Assembly: GCA_965250285.1 (NCBI GenBank) | Contig: OZ252299.1 | Location: forward strand, 4,672,001 to 4,736,000 | Direction of reading: 5' to 3' | Source of the DNA: Myxococcota bacterium | GTDB taxonomy: Bacteria > Myxococcota_A > UBA9160 > UBA4427 | DNA length: 64,000 bases | In this document: one piece after another, positions 60,182-64,000 of the stretch | Layout: the number at the start of each line of letters is the position of its first letter | Position numbering within the stretch: position 1 is the stretch's first letter | Translations under genes and position numbers: made by a program | Notes under the pieces: model-generated | Told to the model about the DNA's origin: nothing | The model's database searches: none | Seen by the model: only the letters and a program-made list of their open reading frames with translations

Positions 60182-60319
60182 GACTCCATTCTATCACTGG
60201 CCCCTCACGCCTCCCCTGCATGGCCCCGCCTGCACCCGGGCGCGAAGCCGCCGCGACCCGAGGCCTGCGGCGACCTCGCTTCGCGATCGGGGCACGAATC
60301 GCGTACCCTCAGCGCCCTG

Positions 60320-61411
60320 ATGTCGGGCAGCACATTCGGAAAAGCGTTTCAGATCAGCACCTTCGGCGAGAGCCACGGGGGCGGCGTGGGCGTCATCGTC
60401 GACGGCTGCCCGCCGCGCCTCGAGATCGATCTCGCCGAGATCCAGCGCGATCTCGATCGTCGCAAGCCGGGCCAGAGCCGTCTCACCACGCCCCGCCAGG
60501 AGGCCGACACGGCCGAGATCCTGAGCGGCGTGTTCGAGGGTCAGACGCTCGGCACCTCGATCGGCATGCTGGTGCGCAACAAGGACGCGCGACCCTCGGC
60601 CTACGACCACATGCGCGAGCTCTACAGGCCGAGCCACGCCGACTACACGACCGAGGCCAAGTACGGCGTGCGCAACTGGCAGGGCGGCGGCCGGGCCAGC
60701 GCACGCGAGACGATCGGCCGCGTCGCGGCCGGCGCGATCGCCCGCAAGCTGCTTCACGTCGCGTGCGGGGTCGAAGTCGTGAGCTGGGTCTCGCGGGTGC
60801 AGGAGATCGACTCGAAGGTCGATGGCGAGCGCGTCACCGCCGAGCAGGTCGATTCGAACATCATCCGCTGCCCCGACCCCGAGGCGGCCGAGCGCATGAT
60901 CGAGCGCGTCGACGAAGTGCGCCGAGCGGGCGACAGCGTCGGCGGCGTGGTCAGCTGCGTCGCACGCGGTGTGCCGCCGGGGCTCGGCGTACCGGTCTTC
61001 GACAAGCTCGAAGCCGACCTCGCAAGCGCCCTCATGTCGCTGCCCGCGAGCAAGGGCTTCGAAGTGGGGAGCGGTTTCGAGGGCACCCTGCTCCGCGGCA
61101 GTGAGCACAACGACGCCTTCGTCCCCGGTGACGACGGGCGACCACACACGCCGACGAACCGCAGCGGTGGCATCCAGGGCGGCATCAGCAACGGCGAGAC
61201 GATCACGCTGCGCGTCGCGTTCAAGCCGACCGCGACGATCTCGGTCGCCCAGGACACGGTCGATCGAAACAACGAAGCCGTATCGCTCGAGGCCCAGGGC
61301 AGACACGACCCGTGCGTGCTGCCGCGCGCGGTGCCGATGGTCGAGGCGATGGTCTGCCTGGTGCTCGCCGACCACTGGCTGCGCCAGCGCTCGGTGGACG
61401 TGCTCGACTGA
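60320..61411 (+). CDS. aroC: Chorismate synthase
   Basis: [21 protein letters not shown] and GRHDPC motifs. Confidence 0.97.
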   Translation: MSGSTFGKAFQISTFGESHGGGVGVIVDGCPPRLEIDLAEIQRDLDRRKPGQSRLTTPRQEADTAEILSGVFEGQTLGTSIGMLVRNKDARPSAYDHMRELYRPSHADYTTEAKYGVRNWQGGGRASARETIGRVAAGAIARKLLHVACGVEVVSWVSRVQEIDSKVDGERVTAEQVDSNIIRCPDPEAAERMIERVDEVRRAGDSVGGVVSCVARGVPPGLGVPVFDKLEADLASALMSLPASKGFEVGSGFEGTLLRGSEHNDAFVPGDDGRPHTPTNRSGGIQGGISNGETITLRVAFKPTATISVAQDTVDRNNEAVSLEAQGRHDPCVLPRAVPMVEAMVCLVLADHWLRQRSVDVLD

Positions 61412-61448
61412 AACGCAGCGCCAGGGGTCTGCGCGCCCGTCTTCGCTG

Positions 61449-62900
61449 CTACGCCGTGTCGATCAGCTCGAAATCCGAGAACCGTGGCGTCCGCATGACC
61501 TGGTGGAACCGGCTGGCAGACCACGGCCACAGCGTCGGCGTGCCCTGTGCATCGAGATACCAGCTATTGCAGCCGGTCACCCAGACGGTGCCCTTCATGG
61601 CTTCGCGCAGCTCCTGCTGAAAGGCGTCGGCCGCCTCGCGCTTCGGGCTGAGCGCCTTGCCCTGCGACTGCTCGAGCTTGCGAATGCAGCTCATGATGTA
61701 GCCGGTCTGGCACTCGGATACATCGATGATCGAGATGTTCCCGATCGGACTGTTCGGACCGACGAGCATGAAGTAGTTCGGGAAGCCCGGCATCGTGACC
61801 GACCGGTAGGTCCGCGGCCCTTCGGCGCAGGCCTCCTTGATGCTCGTGCCCCCTTCGCCGATGACATTCGAGATGCCCCACTCGAAGGGGCGAAACCCGG
61901 TTGCGAGCACGAGCACGTCGAGTTCGTGGAGGGTGCCGTCTTCGGTCACGACACCGCGGGGCTCGACCCGGTCGATCTTCTCAGTGACGAGATCGACGTG
62001 GTCCTTCTGCAGCGTCGGGTAGAACTCGGCCGACAGGATCAGCCGCTTGCACCCGGGCTCGTAGTCAGGCGTCAGCTTGCGGCGCAGCTCGGCGTCTTCG
62101 ATGCCGGCCAGATGATCGCGACAACCCTGCTGCATCTGCCGGCGCCAGTAGCCGTCTTCGGTCACACCGACCGAAGCGAGGTTGAAGATCGTCTCGTAGA
62201 CCTTGCGTGTCGCCCAGCCGAGGATCGGCAGACGGCGCGTCCAGCGACGCTCGGCGTCGGTGTAGCGCTTGTTGCCGATCGGGAAGATCCACTGCGGCGT
62301 GCGTTGGAACATCGTGAGGTGCCCCGCCGCCTCCGAGAGCGGCTTCATCATCTGCACGCCGGTCGAGCCGTTGCCGATGACACCGATCCGCTGGCCTTCG
62401 AGCGGCACCTCGTCGTCCCAATCGGCCGAGTGGAAGCACGCGCCTCCGAACTGATCGAGACCGGGAATGTCGGGGACGTTGCGAACGTGGAGCGGACCGG
62501 TCGCATCGACGAGCACGTCGGCGCGCAGGCGCTCGCCCTGGCTGGTCTCGATCGTCCAGCCCCCACCTTCGAACACGGCGTTCGTCACCGCTTCGTCGAA
62601 TCGGATGTGCTCGAGCAGGTCGTACTTCTCGGCGACGCGCTCGAAGTACGCTCGAATCTCGGGCCCGGGCGAGAAGCGGTGCGTCCAGTCGGGGTTCGGC
62701 TCGAAGCTGTAGCAATAGAAGAAGGAGGGGACGTCACAGCTGAGGCCGGGGTAGCGGTTCTCACGCCACGTGCCGCCGACCGAGCTCGCCTTCTCGAGGA
62801 TCGTGAACGGCAGCCCGGCCTTCTGTAGCCGGATCCCCATCAGCAGCCCCGACATACCCGCTCCGATGATGCAGGTCTGGATCGGCTCGCTCGTCGCCAT
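61449..62900 (-). CDS. Baeyer-Villiger/FMO-type flavin monooxygenase
   Basis: GAGMSG, FHSADW fingerprint, GNGSTG and ATGF motifs. Confidence 0.93.
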   Translation of the reverse strand: MATSEPIQTCIIGAGMSGLLMGIRLQKAGLPFTILEKASSVGGTWRENRYPGLSCDVPSFFYCYSFEPNPDWTHRFSPGPEIRAYFERVAEKYDLLEHIRFDEAVTNAVFEGGGWTIETSQGERLRADVLVDATGPLHVRNVPDIPGLDQFGGACFHSADWDDEVPLEGQRIGVIGNGSTGVQMMKPLSEAAGHLTMFQRTPQWIFPIGNKRYTDAERRWTRRLPILGWATRKVYETIFNLASVGVTEDGYWRRQMQQGCRDHLAGIEDAELRRKLTPDYEPGCKRLILSAEFYPTLQKDHVDLVTEKIDRVEPRGVVTEDGTLHELDVLVLATGFRPFEWGISNVIGEGGTSIKEACAEGPRTYRSVTMPGFPNYFMLVGPNSPIGNISIIDVSECQTGYIMSCIRKLEQSQGKALSPKREAADAFQQELREAMKGTVWVTGCNSWYLDAQGTPTLWPWSASRFHQVMRTPRFSDFELIDTA

Positions 62901-63034
62901 GGCTTCGCCTCCGCTCGGTCGCGTCAGTCTAGCCGCCCCGAGGCCAGCCCCTCGATCGACCGGAGGGCAAGCTCGGACCGGGCCGCCCTCGCTGCTGTAG
63001 CGTCGGGGGGCGGGGCGGCCCGAGGAGGCGAGCC

Positions 63035-64000
63035 ATGACGCGGAACCGAGAAGGGATCTGGGCGCTCTCGGCCCTGGCGGCGATCGCCGGGTGGGCAGGG
63101 GGCTGCTCACCCGCGCCGCTGCCGCAGCCCGATCGACCGACGATCGCCGTGAGCGAGTGGATCGACTACGGCGGCGATCGCGGCGGGCAGCGCTTCGCCG
63201 AGCTCGACCTGATCACGCCCGACAACGTCGGCGAGCTGCGACCCGCCTGGACCTGGCGCTACGGCGACTCGTCCGGGCGCGGGATCGACACGCCGAGCGA
63301 GATCGCCTTCGAGGCGACACCGATCCTCGCCGAAGACACCCTCTATCTGTGCACACCCCACAACCACATCGTCGCCCTCGACCCGGCGACCGGCGCCGAA
63401 CTCTGGCGACACGATCCGAAGATCGACCTGTCGGGCCGCTACGCGAACCAGCTGGTGTGCCGCGGGGTGACGCATTGGCGCGGGAACGGGGACGACGACG
63501 CGCTCTGTCAGCGCACGATCTTCAGCGCAACGAACGATGCCCGGCTCGTCGCGGTGGACGCAGTGACGGGGGCGCCGTGCGTCGACTTCGGAGTCGATGG
63601 CGAGATCGACCTCAACCGGGGCGCAGGCCAACAGCGCTGGCAGGGCGAATATCAAGTAACGTCACCACCCGCCGTGGTGGGCGACCTCGTCGTCGTCGGC
63701 TCGGCGGTGAGCGACAACGGCCGAGTGAACGCGCCGAGCGGGGTCGTGCGCGCCTTCGACGCGCGCAGCGGCGCGCTGCGCTGGGCGTGGGACCTCGCAC
63801 CGCCCGGCTTCGATGCAGACACCGACCTCGTGAGCGATGAAGGCTACGCGCTCGGCACACCGAACGTGTGGGCGCCGATGTCGGTCGATGCCGAGCGGGG
63901 CCTCGTCTTCGTGCCGACCGGCAACGCTTCGCCCGACTACTACAGCGGCGACCGTGCCTACATGGATCACTACGGCAGCTCGGTGGTCGCGCTGCGAGGC
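63035..64000 (+). CDS. PQQ-dependent dehydrogenase (glucose/quinate type), lipoprotein, truncated at right edge
   Basis: Manual translation: WIDYGGDRGGQRF, ITPDNV, FEATPI, CRGV and PNVWAPMSVD. Confidence 0.9.
   Translation, partial: MTRNREGIWALSALAAIAGWAGGCSPAPLPQPDRPTIAVSEWIDYGGDRGGQRFAELDLITPDNVGELRPAWTWRYGDSSGRGIDTPSEIAFEATPILAEDTLYLCTPHNHIVALDPATGAELWRHDPKIDLSGRYANQLVCRGVTHWRGNGDDDALCQRTIFSATNDARLVAVDAVTGAPCVDFGVDGEIDLNRGAGQQRWQGEYQVTSPPAVVGDLVVVGSAVSDNGRVNAPSGVVRAFDARSGALRWAWDLAPPGFDADTDLVSDEGYALGTPNVWAPMSVDAERGLVFVPTGNASPDYYSGDRAYMDHYGSSVVALRG

Overview
A gene-dense, very high-GC bacterial chromosomal segment. Gene content is consistent with a Myxococcota/Deltaproteobacteria-like organism, but this is inference only. 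I found no rRNA, tRNA, CRISPR array, integrase or transposase. Housekeeping genes include ilvD, ino1, pyrE, pyrF, tgt, ychF, rnhA, aroC, cutA and lemA. Lipid and redox enzymes include an acyl-CoA dehydrogenase, P450, crotonase, BVMO, SDRs, MOSC proteins, a molybdopterin oxidoreductase and a PQQ dehydrogenase. A ~13 kb minus-strand outer-membrane uptake locus runs DUF3450, long ExbB (TtpC-like), ExbB, two ExbD, TonB, TPR, TonB-dependent receptor, secreted protein, PEP-CTERM protein. The most striking unexplained signal is about ten short repeat arrays anchored on or beside stop codons. Several are copies of a gene's own last codons that differ mainly at synonymous positions, and two form chains of 14-codon mini-ORFs linked by ATGA/GTGA overlaps. 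Other notable items are a 40-aa highly basic ORF with its own sigma70-like promoter, a domain-swapped Rieske oxygenase-like protein, an orphan OmpR-family regulator with Glu at the phosphoacceptor site, Pho-box-like 11-bp repeats, and several apparently leaderless genes.
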